Shown: piece by piece, positions 1 to 8,142 of the stretch
Layout: each line of letters starts with the position of its first letter
Numbering within the stretch: position 1 is the first letter of the stretch
Virus genome (UHGV): UHGV-1665900
Source: a virus
DNA length: 21,906 bases
Strand: one strand, 5' to 3'
Notes under the pieces: model-generated
Told to the model about the DNA's origin: nothing
The model's database searches: none
The model's input: the letters and a program-made list of their open reading frames with translations, nothing else
Made by a program: the position numbers and the translations under genes

Positions 1-86
1 CGCTGATGTCCGGCAGTGCTTTTGCCGTTACGCACCACCCCGTCAGTAGCTGAACAGGAGGGACAGCTGATAGAAACAGAAGCCAC
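1..86 (-). CDS. insA: IS1 InsA, N-terminal fragment (partial, continues beyond window)
   Basis: Minus-strand frame from GTG at 86..84 translates to (M)[27 protein letters not shown]..., the zinc-finger N-terminus of IS1 InsA. Not in the ORF track because it is truncated by the window edge. Confidence 0.7.
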   Translation of the reverse strand, partial: MASVSISCPSCSATDGVVRNGKSTAGHQ

Positions 87-141
87 TGGAGCACCTCAAA
101 AACACCATCATACACTAAATCAGTAAGTTGGCAGCATCACC
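1..141 (-). mobile_element. IS1-family insertion sequence, left-end fragment continuing off the window start; terminal inverted repeat at about 119..141
   Basis: Reverse complement of 1..141 reads GGTGATGCTGCCAACTTACTGATTTAGTGTATGATGG...GTGGCTTCTGTTTCTATCAGCTGTCCC..., which matches the IS1 left terminal repeat and 5' region as I recall it from IS1/Tn9. Recognition is from memory, not a search. Confidence 0.8.
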
Positions 142-388
142 ACGTGAATCTCCATGATTTCTTCGCCACTGCGCGGCTTCAATCTAAGTACAATTCATTT
201 GCAGCATTGTCTGCAGCAGCAACCGCGCTATTCCAGATTATTGGTTTGTAATGCTTACCAGCCCCAAATTAATCAATACCCAGTGGTATTAGCAATGTCC
301 ATTTCAAGTACATACGTTCTTAAGACATTTGGGCACTGTCATGTCTGTCGGGGAGGAGGTTAAAATCCTCTCGTGCAAAATTTCTTAG

Positions 389-751
389 CTAGAGAATACA
401 AAGAACATCATCTGGTGTTAACACAGAGTCTTCTACGTACTCAGGGTGGTTACGTAATACATCTCTCTGATGTCTCAAGATCTGCGCTGGAATTTCTTGC
501 TCATCCACAATTTTGGCAGTATCCAGCAAAATACTGCCACACCTTATTTCCAGCGAAACAAAGCGATTCCACTCTGGACCATTAGAACACAAAAGGTCAA
601 ACAAAACCTCACCTGTAGCCTGTGAATTGCCCAGTATAACAGAAAGCCTCTTCTCGATTTCGTGAACTGAAGTCAAGGGGTTCTCGTAGCCAGTCGCCAT
701 AACGACGGCAATGAGAGCCCCTGAGACGTTAACACCTGTTATTTCAAACAA
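389..751 (-). CDS. hypothetical protein, 120 aa, second gene of the AT-rich two-gene cassette
   Basis: ORF from the track. Its start codon is TTG at 751..749 with an AAGGA Shine-Dalgarno about 8 nt upstream, embedded in the last codons of the upstream gene, whose TGA stop is at 746..744. The overlap implies translational coupling. I recognise no family. Confidence 0.5.
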   Translation of the reverse strand: MFEITGVNVSGALIAVVMATGYENPLTSVHEIEKRLSVILGNSQATGEVLFDLLCSNGPEWNRFVSLEIRCGSILLDTAKIVDEQEIPAQILRHQRDVLRNHPEYVEDSVLTPDDVLCIL

Positions 752-1814
752 TATACAAATCCTTAATAATTCCCCATGCCTGTCTGGCCTTAGTCATCAG
801 TCGTGCCATGTCAGAAACCATACGGCTTGTGTCGACAACTATCTCCATATGAAACAGGCCATGACGTTCTCTGTTAAAGAAAGTATAGGCATCATTAATG
901 GTCTTAACCTTAGCTGACGATAAATTGCATCCAAATTGTTGTTTCAGAATAAATTCACTCCCAATTTTATCAAAATAACGCCCGAAACCATCCTGCGTGA
1001 TTGGCATGCCATATCGGTACATTGTTGATTTAAGTACTCCCTCAACTGAACGTAATTCAGGATACAACAACATACAGTAATCGGGTAAATCGGGGGCGGC
1101 GAGTTTAACACACAGCCCAGAAACGAGCAATTTTTCAACATTCTTATGCAATAGTGGGTACGCATCCCCCATTTCACACTCTAGATGTGAGCGAGCAACT
1201 TCTTTCTGAACTATATACGCTTTGCCATCGTCCTGACGAATGAGAACTTTTTCCAGTCCTTGTAAATCGAGTAGCTCTGACAAGTTGAATATAAACACTC
1301 TATAACATGACAATGGACGCCCTTGTATTTGTAGTGTTCCATTTCTGTGATGCAGACTAACTGTCAACTCATCCTGAAATTCTGGCGAATGAATTTTCCA
1401 CACCGTTGTATGAGTGTTCCGTAAGTATTCGTAAAATTGTATATGTGGCTGCTCTGCTGAGAGCTGAAGTACAGATAAAACGTTCGCTTCAACGAACCCT
1501 TGTAACACCATATTTACCTGTTCAAATTCTGCAGGATTGATGGTTTCATAGAGATCATCAGCCAACTCTTTTCCAAGATTATGATTAGCTCCTGTTTGAT
1601 ACTGGACTGTAGACGTCCCTCCGTTATTATAGAAAATGTTAACAGTTGCCAAAGCTTCTCCTGGTTTAGCAAACACAACCCGAAGTCCTGCTCTTGCACC
1701 AGGCATTGGTCCAATTGAATGGACGGAATAGTTTTTATTTTCAATAAATGCCCTAGACGTAGCCTCAATAGTTGTCCGATCTAAATTTAAATTAGTGTAG
1801 TTCCTGACTGTCAT
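744..1814 (-). CDS. hypothetical protein of unknown function (356 aa from ATG at 1814; 393 aa if the unsupported upstream ATG at 1925 is used), first gene of the AT-rich cassette
   Basis: Long uninterrupted minus-strand ORF in AT-rich DNA. The ATG at 1814 has AGGG about 10 nt upstream; the ATG at 1925 has no purine-rich RBS and lies only about 23 nt inside the foreign-DNA junction. No Walker A, HNH/zinc or transmembrane features are visible by eye. Confidence 0.6.
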   Translation of the reverse strand: MTVRNYTNLNLDRTTIEATSRAFIENKNYSVHSIGPMPGARAGLRVVFAKPGEALATVNIFYNNGGTSTVQYQTGANHNLGKELADDLYETINPAEFEQVNMVLQGFVEANVLSVLQLSAEQPHIQFYEYLRNTHTTVWKIHSPEFQDELTVSLHHRNGTLQIQGRPLSCYRVFIFNLSELLDLQGLEKVLIRQDDGKAYIVQKEVARSHLECEMGDAYPLLHKNVEKLLVSGLCVKLAAPDLPDYCMLLYPELRSVEGVLKSTMYRYGMPITQDGFGRYFDKIGSEFILKQQFGCNLSSAKVKTINDAYTFFNRERHGLFHMEIVVDTSRMVSDMARLMTKARQAWGIIKDLYIV

Positions 1815-1873
1815 TTGCTTAACCCTATAAAAAAATTTAGCAAACTCTACAATATAGCCCCTCTTTAGTCTAA

Positions 1874-2236
1874 TCAGGCGCTGTATCCTGAAATCGGGTA
1901 CCGATAATATCCCTCCTGCAGCCATGTGTTGGTGTTAACAAGATACTGTGTATCAATTGAATCCGTCAGATTGCAAAAGTTGATGCCTCTTTCGCGCAGT
2001 TCCTCCACCAGCACGACAAGATGCCGCATACTGCGCCCTAACCTGTCCAGCTTCCAGACAACCAGAGTGTCACCTGCCGATAATGTCCTGAGCAGTTTTT
2101 TCAGTCCGGGCCTTTCGGACTTCGTACCGCTTATCTTGTCTTCAAAAATCAGTTCACATCCTACACAGTTCAACGCATTACGTTGTAGATCGGTGTTCTG
2201 GTCATTTGTTGATACGCGTACATAGCCAATAAGCAT
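1874..2236 (-). pseudogene. pin: Din-family serine DNA invertase (Pin/Gin/Cin/Hin-like), truncated after about residue 96 and fused to unrelated sequence; probably inactive
   Basis: From ATG at 2236 (GGGAG RBS about 9 nt upstream) the translation is [22 protein letters not shown]...DTLVVWKLDRLGRSM.HL..LV.ELRERGINF..LTDSIDT, which is a serine-recombinase catalytic domain. After LTDSIDT it continues QYLVNTNTWLQEGYYRYPISGYSA*, unlike the expected remainder of the catalytic domain and the C-terminal helix-turn-helix. The [12 protein letters not shown] extension in the ORF track is probably not translated. Confidence 0.85.
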
Positions 2237-2290
2237 GGTGGATCTCCCTGACAAAAGCAGGAATGATGCCATTTGCTCGTTATTTCTGCA

Positions 2291-2316
2291 TTTTCATAAA
2301 CGTTGGTTTGGGAGAA
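2291..2316. other. Din-type inversion crossover site, left copy (pix/gix-like)
   Basis: ttttcataaacg-tt-ggtttgggagaa has the two 12-bp half-sites around a 2-bp core that is typical of hix/gix sites. Its reverse complement ttctcccaaacc-aa-cgttt... matches 4164..4189 at 18 of its first 19 positions. Confidence 0.6.
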
Positions 2317-2637
2317 GCGGCAAAACGGAATGTGGGAACAGGGGAAAATCAGATACCTGATATGTCATCATATGCATCAGGTTCAGGCTGGCGAAAAATG
2401 CCAGATGGTTCAATTGAACAGTGGGGACGAATTAGTTTTCCTGGTGAACACGGGCCTGTATCCGCCAATGTTTCATTCCCGATTCCATTTACACAGACAC
2501 CGGGAATTGTAATTGTGTGCGATGGTGGTTTCGGGGGCGGGAATATGTGGGGGGCGACCAACTGGAGCACTACCGGCTTCATAGCTCACTGCAATTATGG
2601 TCTTGAAGGTGGTGCGTTTTTCGCTAAGGGCTGGTAA
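2303..2637 (+). CDS. alternative tail-fibre C-terminal cassette (Sv'-like), promoterless and without its own start; expressed only after inversion fuses it to the constant part of the fibre gene
   Basis: The open frame reads ...[18 protein letters not shown]...[16 protein letters not shown]...AKGW*. The crossover site encodes (N)VGLGE here and (LEN)LGLGE in the fibre gene at 4164..4189, so inversion would keep the frame. Confidence 0.55.
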
Positions 2638-3080
2638 TGATGAAATATCTGTACGTAAACAACCTGGCATATCCTTACGAACTTCAGTCTCTTTATGTTG
2701 AAAAAGGTGAATGGCCTGAAGAAAAAGGTGTTGATATAGACGAAGTAATTTTCAGGGAATATTTCTATGATACACCACCAGAAGGAAAATACAGATGTGT
2801 CGGAGAGGATGGACTGCCTGCATGGGCAGATATTCCTCCACCAACACGTGAAGAACAAATTGCATCAGCCGAAACTAAAAAGCAGCAATTGATTAACCAG
2901 GCCAACGAATACATAAACAGTAAACAATGGCCAGGTAAAGCATCAATTGGTCGTCTGAAAGGTGAGGAACTGGCGCAATATAATTTGTGGCTGGATTATC
3001 TGGACGCACTGGAACTGGTCGATACTTCCGGTGCGCCAGATATTGAATGGTCTACGCCTCCGGCAGTTCAGGCCAGATGA
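2637..3080 (+). CDS. tail fibre assembly protein, alternative copy (U'-like)
   Basis: 147-aa ORF whose ATG overlaps the stop of the Sv' cassette (TAATG). Its C-terminus ...LWLDYLDALELVDTSGAPDIEWSTPP resembles the conserved Tfa C-terminal motif and parallels the minus-strand copy (...LDYIDAVTATDTSTAPDVIWPELP). It converges on that copy. Confidence 0.8.
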   Translation: MMKYLYVNNLAYPYELQSLYVEKGEWPEEKGVDIDEVIFREYFYDTPPEGKYRCVGEDGLPAWADIPPPTREEQIASAETKKQQLINQANEYINSKQWPGKASIGRLKGEELAQYNLWLDYLDALELVDTSGAPDIEWSTPPAVQAR

Positions 3081-3645
3081 CGTCCGGCGCTGTGCTGGTA
3101 TCTGTTGCCGTCACCGCGTCAATGTAATCCAGCACAGCGTTAAGTCGGGTGTTTTCTGGCTGCGTCAGCTTCCGCCCAGCCTGTAATTTCAGTTGAATCA
3201 GACTGATGGAAGCCATTGCAGCATCAATCAGCGACTGGCGCTGTGCTTCTGCCGCTTCTACTGCGGCGCTATGCTGTGCCTCGGTATCCGTCACCCATTT
3301 CTCACCATCCCATTTATCGTATGGCGTTAACGGTGAAAGCGTGACATAACCGTCTTTGATGGCACCGATATAATCCACTGTAACAGCTGCGCCATTTTCA
3401 GTTGAGTAAACGGTCTCATTGCGATGGTCTTCTTCATGGCTCCATCCCTTACCCGTAAATACTGCCACTTTTCCCGGGATGTTTTCGCCCGGGTCAATAC
3501 CAGTGGAACAGGCGGGTATACTTACGCCAGTATTAATATATTCATCAGACCAGCCGGTATATTCATACGTTACTGCATTATAATAAAAACAACGCATATC
3601 GCCCGGCACTGTAGCCAGCCCATTTTCATCAAAAACAGGTATCAT
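3052..3645 (-). CDS. tail fibre assembly protein (U-like, currently expressed orientation)
   Basis: 197-aa ORF immediately downstream of the tail fibre gene with start/stop overlap; conserved Tfa-type C-terminus. Confidence 0.85.
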   Translation of the reverse strand: MIPVFDENGLATVPGDMRCFYYNAVTYEYTGWSDEYINTGVSIPACSTGIDPGENIPGKVAVFTGKGWSHEEDHRNETVYSTENGAAVTVDYIGAIKDGYVTLSPLTPYDKWDGEKWVTDTEAQHSAAVEAAEAQRQSLIDAAMASISLIQLKLQAGRKLTQPENTRLNAVLDYIDAVTATDTSTAPDVIWPELPEA

Positions 3646-4466
3646 TATTTAGCCCTCACCAGAAAGTTAAATGCAATATTTCGTGGACGGGTTTCTGTAT
3701 CTACATTTCCACTAATTTCACCATAACGTTTAACACTACGAGAGCTAAGAGCTCGTAGTGAGGAAGGCACCTTAAGACCGGGTTCGTCCGTTTTAACTAT
3801 TCCCCCGTCACCGTATGTAGCCAGTATTCCTGGGTTTACTCCTTCCCGTGCACTTCCTGCGGCAAGCCCGTCCCCCGTCCACAATTCCATATTGTGTGCA
3901 TGATCCATAATTGTGTGTGATTGCCCTGAAAGTAGGGTACGTCCGACATCAATCCCGCGCCCATCATCCCAGATACGAATGAAATCACCCCGTGCGTCAG
4001 GTAATGCTAGCGCCGGAAACACTTTCGCCAGCACAGGGTAATCAGTGGCAGAGAATTTCGCGCCGTTGAACTTCAAAAACACCATACTGGACCAACTGTC
4101 GATTACAGTATTTGGCATTGCGGCGGACGGCCAGAAGAACGGAACGCCAATAGCTGGAGCACCTTCTCCCAAACCAAGGTTTTCGAGAGCCGTTTTCACC
4201 GTGCCATCCGATTTGATATCGCCAAACGGATTCTTGCGGCTTAACAGCAGCGCACGAAGCGCTGTAAGCAGCTGGTCATGCCGCCCCTTCTCTAGGCTGG
4301 CACCGGATGCCTCCACAACACTGCAAAGTTCCTCCTGCAACATGTCAAAGTAGTCATCATCCAGATCGGTGGCAGGTGTGCCGGTCTGGGGGTTACCACG
4401 GGTAAAACCGTTCTTACCCGCGCCGAACTTATCCTTCTGCGCGGTTTTCGTGTCTATACGATGCAT
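3645..4466 (-). CDS. tail fibre protein (constant N-terminal part plus currently joined variable C-terminal part)
   Basis: 273-aa [49 protein letters not shown]..., an N-terminus typical of enterobacterial prophage side tail fibres. The right crossover site lies inside it at 4164..4189. Confidence 0.85.
   Translation of the reverse strand: MHRIDTKTAQKDKFGAGKNGFTRGNPQTGTPATDLDDDYFDMLQEELCSVVEASGASLEKGRHDQLLTALRALLLSRKNPFGDIKSDGTVKTALENLGLGEGAPAIGVPFFWPSAAMPNTVIDSWSSMVFLKFNGAKFSATDYPVLAKVFPALALPDARGDFIRIWDDGRGIDVGRTLLSGQSHTIMDHAHNMELWTGDGLAAGSAREGVNPGILATYGDGGIVKTDEPGLKVPSSLRALSSRSVKRYGEISGNVDTETRPRNIAFNFLVRAK
4164..4189. other. Din-type inversion crossover site, right copy, inside the tail fibre gene
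   Basis: ttctcccaaacc-aa-ggttttcgagag, in inverted orientation relative to 2291..2316. Confidence 0.6.
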
Positions 4467-4469
4467 GGA

Positions 4470-5054
4470 TTACTCCGGATATTTAAAAATTACGTAGGTA
4501 TGCGACGGGCAGAGTTTGTTAAGCACACATTCGACAACGGTGTCGCCCCAGATACGCAGCGCGGAATCACAGGGATCGCCACATGTCATCCAGGTGGTGT
4601 TTGTGGCGGCTGGCATGTTGACCTGCCAGTAATACCGCCATTCCGGCGCATTCACCGCGTCAGTACAGACCGATGAGCAGGTGAACGTGCTTTTGTCGTA
4701 TCGCGTGATGTTGGCATCTGGTCTGCCCAGGGCAGCAAGCTGTGCAAGGTAAAAATCCTCATTGATGCCGCCCGCCAGATTAACCTTCGCATCCAGCCGT
4801 TGCTGACGCTGGCGAAGGGTCTGCGTCCCTGCCGGAATACATTCATCCGGCAGGCCGCACAGACGCTCCCAGCGGTTTATCAGTTCAGTGGTGGTGCGCG
4901 GATCCAGCTCCCGCATCAGGGCATCCGCACGCTGATGAACACGGGTTAATGACGGTGCCGCACCGGCAATCGCCGGATCGCTGGCTGACCACGCCGGACC
5001 GGGGGGCAACAGTGCCGACAACAGACGGATGTAATCATCGTTTGTCACGTCCAT
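4470..5054 (-). CDS. ymfQ: baseplate protein, YmfQ / Mu gp48-like
   Basis: 194-aa [25 protein letters not shown]..., with the position and size of e14 YmfQ, immediately upstream of the fibre gene. Confidence 0.75.
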   Translation of the reverse strand: MDVTNDDYIRLLSALLPPGPAWSASDPAIAGAAPSLTRVHQRADALMRELDPRTTTELINRWERLCGLPDECIPAGTQTLRQRQQRLDAKVNLAGGINEDFYLAQLAALGRPDANITRYDKSTFTCSSVCTDAVNAPEWRYYWQVNMPAATNTTWMTCGDPCDSALRIWGDTVVECVLNKLCPSHTYVIFKYPE

Positions 5055-6103
5055 GAAATCGTCCCCAGAACCGCCAGTTCATTTTTTGCAATGGAGATAT
5101 TGTCTGTCGGTGCAAGCAACTGATGGCTGTATTCCCCGTTCGCACCGGAAATCGCCTCACTGATACGCGATACCTTCAGTTCTCCCTGCGGATAACCATC
5201 ACGCAGCAGGAACGAACGCAACTCCGCGGTGATGGCAGCCCGTATTTCCGGTGTGTCCGGCGTCACGCGGATATGAAAATCCACCGTATGTGCCACCGGC
5301 CTAAACACATACAAATCAGAGCCTGCCACCGGGGCCAGTGGCTCGATATGTTGTCTTGCCGCCGTTTCCGTTGATTCTTCCGGAATGGGATTAATCAGGT
5401 CACTGCTGGCAATCATCACACCGACAGTTCCCGTTCCCATCCAGTGACGGTATGTCCATGCGCGGGTAATGCCGGGCACTTCTTTAGCCCAGACAACATA
5501 GTCCCCGTCAGCCCCGCCCTGCGGCGTCCAGTAATACCGCTCAATGACGCGGGCGCGCCACGTTTCCAGCTCTTCAGTATCAAATCCGCCTGTCAGGGTG
5601 TCAGCCACACCGGAAGACGGCAGACCATTCACCGGCGTGACCAGGATTAATGCCGTACCGTCGTCAGCGTTACCGACCGCACCTGCACTTGAGCAGGCGA
5701 TCGGCACGCGCAGGACACCACCGGAGCTGGTTGCATCGTCAGTTGTCGTGTACTGCACCAGGTCATCGCGCTGAATAACACTCCCGGCGGTCACCTTCAG
5801 GCCATCGCTGACACCTTCCCAGCGCATATACCCACTGGCAGCCGTGGCTCCCTTGCGCGGACACCGTTTCATCGCAGCATGTCGCGCCAGCCAGGACTCA
5901 TCGCACAGGTCAGGCAGCATGTTCATTGCCAGATAATCGATGTAACCGTAAACCGTATGCAGCGCCGCCGCATACACCTTTGCCCGCACGTCTTCATCCA
6001 TGCGCCGGAGCGTGTCGCTGACGTCCAGCCTGGCGAATAAATCGTTACGGAGCATACTGATATTTTCTGCCAGCGTCGGGCGCTGAAATTCACTGTCCGC
6101 CAT
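5045..6103 (-). CDS. baseplate J-like protein (Mu gp47-like)
   Basis: 352-aa ORF in the conserved baseplate position between the gp46-like and YmfQ-like genes; overlapping stops and starts. Confidence 0.75.
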   Translation of the reverse strand: MADSEFQRPTLAENISMLRNDLFARLDVSDTLRRMDEDVRAKVYAAALHTVYGYIDYLAMNMLPDLCDESWLARHAAMKRCPRKGATAASGYMRWEGVSDGLKVTAGSVIQRDDLVQYTTTDDATSSGGVLRVPIACSSAGAVGNADDGTALILVTPVNGLPSSGVADTLTGGFDTEELETWRARVIERYYWTPQGGADGDYVVWAKEVPGITRAWTYRHWMGTGTVGVMIASSDLINPIPEESTETAARQHIEPLAPVAGSDLYVFRPVAHTVDFHIRVTPDTPEIRAAITAELRSFLLRDGYPQGELKVSRISEAISGANGEYSHQLLAPTDNISIAKNELAVLGTISWT

Positions 6104-6518
6104 GCGTTATCGCACTCCACAGATCATCAAAAGAAATCATTACCGGTCCGTCACGACGCCAGAGAGTGATACTGTTACCCAGTTCATTAATCCCGGTGCG
6201 GCGGATATCCAGATCAATACGGGACACCACGCCGTCATCAATCATCCATTGCAGGCATTCGCGGATATACCCCCTTACCGTCTGCACCAGCTGATTGGTC
6301 AGTTTGCTGCGCTGAAGCAGCCACAGTCGGGAGCCGTAACGGTCATTCTGTACCGCAGGCCAGGTATCCCCCCACCATCCCATCGGGACGTCGGCATTGT
6401 CATCAGGTTCAGCCCGCCGCCAGGTGAACAGGGAAATCACCACGGCACGGGTCAGCGGATCCATCGGTGCGCTGGCACAGGTGCGTTTACCGTTCACCGT
6501 CAGCCACAGTTCCATCAT
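6090..6518 (-). CDS. baseplate protein, GP46 family (Mu gp46-like)
   Basis: 142-aa ORF in the conserved position between the V-like and J-like genes. Confidence 0.65.
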   Translation of the reverse strand: MMELWLTVNGKRTCASAPMDPLTRAVVISLFTWRRAEPDDNADVPMGWWGDTWPAVQNDRYGSRLWLLQRSKLTNQLVQTVRGYIRECLQWMIDDGVVSRIDLDIRRTGINELGNSITLWRRDGPVMISFDDLWSAITHGGQ

Positions 6519-7063
6519 GCCTCCATCGCTTTATCAGGTTTGTCGGTGTTACTGCCCTGACCGTTCTCTCTGTGACGATGCCCGTTATAGGCAAGCCGCA
6601 TCGCTGACATGGTGGTGCCGCTGGAGTCGCACAGGTCTTTCACCTGTCCGGTCACTTCCAGGTCCATTTCAAAACGAGCCTTAGGCGCATTGCGAAACGT
6701 GATCGTTTTACCTGCACCGTCCACCACGATCCCCGCCCGGGTCAGCGTCACGGACTGCCCCTGATCGTCATAGACAGCCACCTCACCCGTCTGCAGCCCT
6801 TTCAGGCGGTAGCGTCGGTCCGACACCGTAACAACCACCGCATGAGAACGGTCACCATCCGGAAACAACACCACCGCTTCCGCACCGCTGTTTGCCCTTG
6901 CGGTAAAACCGTAGGGTTCAAGATGTTCAACCCCGGCTTTGGGTTCACCGGCAATCAGGGACACATCCACGGTCTGACATTTCGTGGCGGCACTGATGCT
7001 TTTCACCACCGCCCGCCCAATCAGGCCGAGGAGTTGTCGCTGTATGGTTTCAATCGTCCTCAT
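6515..7063 (-). CDS. baseplate assembly protein V-like (spike, Mu gp45-like)
   Basis: 182-aa ORF in synteny after the hub gene. Confidence 0.7.
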   Translation of the reverse strand: MRTIETIQRQLLGLIGRAVVKSISAATKCQTVDVSLIAGEPKAGVEHLEPYGFTARANSGAEAVVLFPDGDRSHAVVVTVSDRRYRLKGLQTGEVAVYDDQGQSVTLTRAGIVVDGAGKTITFRNAPKARFEMDLEVTGQVKDLCDSSGTTMSAMRLAYNGHRHRENGQGSNTDKPDKAMEA

Positions 7064-8142
7064 CAGAACGGGTCCTCCTGTACTCTGGCTTTTTTCTTTT
7101 TCCGCGCGCCGGGATCTTCGGGTTCAGGCAGATAAGCATCAGGCGGGCCGACACGGATTTCCGTCAGGGTGCCGTTCTGGTCCTGAGTAAACGTGACTTC
7201 CGAGACAAGCAGTTCGGTATTATCGAAACCACAGACCGGATCAAAGACAATCACCCGCTGGTTGGGCTGCCACAGCGTACCGTTACCCTGTCGCCAGCCC
7301 TGCACCACATAGGTGGTTTCATCCGTCCGCGCCGCCCGTTGCCGGGCTTCAAAGTCAGCACGCGCAATACAGCCTGCCCCCGTGGCCTGCCCTGTCTGCC
7401 TGATATACATCGGACGGTAACGGGCAATAAATGCGTCCTCTGTGCGGGCCCGCAGCGCGGTGGTGGTGGCCTCACCGAAATCATCGTCGTTTCCGGCACG
7501 CTGCCCCGCCACCTGGTAAACAGAAAACCGCTCCCGGATACTCTTCTCCGTATCGCAGGAAAGGATGTTTTCCCCGAGTACCAGCGCAGTATGTGCCCGC
7601 GTTGAGCCAATACCGCCAATCACCAGCCTGCCGTGCGGGTCGTCGTAAGCCAGTGCCTGCTGCTGACCGAGTATTTTGTTGATCACCTCAATCACCGTTT
7701 CACCGTGATCAGGCTGGACATCAGGAATAACACCCGACGGCGCACCGTTGTTCACCACCTCAATGCCGAAAGGCGCAGCAAGCGCCTGCGCAATCTGTAC
7801 CAGCGATCGTCCGTTAAAGTGTGTCGGTTCGGCTGCACAGTCAATCAGGTCAGCGGTCAGACTGCGTCCGGCAATACCGGTGCTGACCGAACGGGCATCG
7901 TAACGAACGGGCGTCGCCTCCACCCAGCCGGTGATCACCAGCTCATCACCAATCAGCACCTCCACTTTTGAACCGTTTTTAATGCGCGGCTGAAGCGTGG
8001 TGATACCCTCATCACCCGGCCACTGGCGGGTGATCTCCACACTGAAATCCCGCGCCAGTCGTTCAACACCGGCACCGATGCGCACCGATGTCCAGCCATT
8101 CCACTCCCGGCCATTTACCCGTAGCGTGACATTGTCGTTCAT
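7063..8142 (-). CDS. baseplate hub protein (Mu P / gp44-like)
   Basis: 359-aa ORF following the DNA-circulation-like gene; order N-P-V-gp46-J as in Mu-type tails. Confidence 0.7.
   Translation of the reverse strand: MNDNVTLRVNGREWNGWTSVRIGAGVERLARDFSVEITRQWPGDEGITTLQPRIKNGSKVEVLIGDELVITGWVEATPVRYDARSVSTGIAGRSLTADLIDCAAEPTHFNGRSLVQIAQALAAPFGIEVVNNGAPSGVIPDVQPDHGETVIEVINKILGQQQALAYDDPHGRLVIGGIGSTRAHTALVLGENILSCDTEKSIRERFSVYQVAGQRAGNDDDFGEATTTALRARTEDAFIARYRPMYIRQTGQATGAGCIARADFEARQRAARTDETTYVVQGWRQGNGTLWQPNQRVIVFDPVCGFDNTELLVSEVTFTQDQNGTLTEIRVGPPDAYLPEPEDPGARKKKKARVQEDPF

Noticed and set aside
340-388. Possible terminator hairpin downstream of the 120-aa gene (gagagga...cctcctc)
   Set aside because: The stem is imperfect and there is no following U-tract.
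154-585. Plus-strand ORFs 154..363 (69 aa) and 373..585 (70 aa) next to IS1
   Set aside because: No RBS; the second overlaps the better-supported minus-strand 120-aa gene; the first lies in the gap between the IS1 end and the cassette. Treated as noncoding.
744-1925. Whether the large cassette gene is an mcrA-like HNH restriction enzyme, as found at this position in e14
   Set aside because: I see no paired-cysteine/HNH signature. Not excluded without a profile search, so it is reported as unknown.
2237-2272. N-terminal extension [12 protein letters not shown] on the invertase ORF
   Set aside because: Serine invertases of this family begin at M-L/A-I-G-Y-V-R-V-S, and the internal ATG at 2236 has a GGGAG RBS, so the extension is probably untranslated.
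2263-2302. ATG at 2263 as an independent start for the plus-strand 124-aa ORF
   Set aside because: The open frame upstream of the crossover site is better explained as read-through frame of a promoterless cassette; no RBS; overlaps the invertase promoter region.
6102-6560. Plus-strand ORFs of 100-200 aa across the structural region, for example 6102..6560, 10251..10658, 12403..12819, 13813..14403, 14493..14990, 14863..15330, 16681..17118 and 18309..18884
   Set aside because: Each lies antisense to and inside a longer minus-strand structural gene with a coherent operon layout. They lack RBS and synteny support and are what GC-rich DNA produces by chance.
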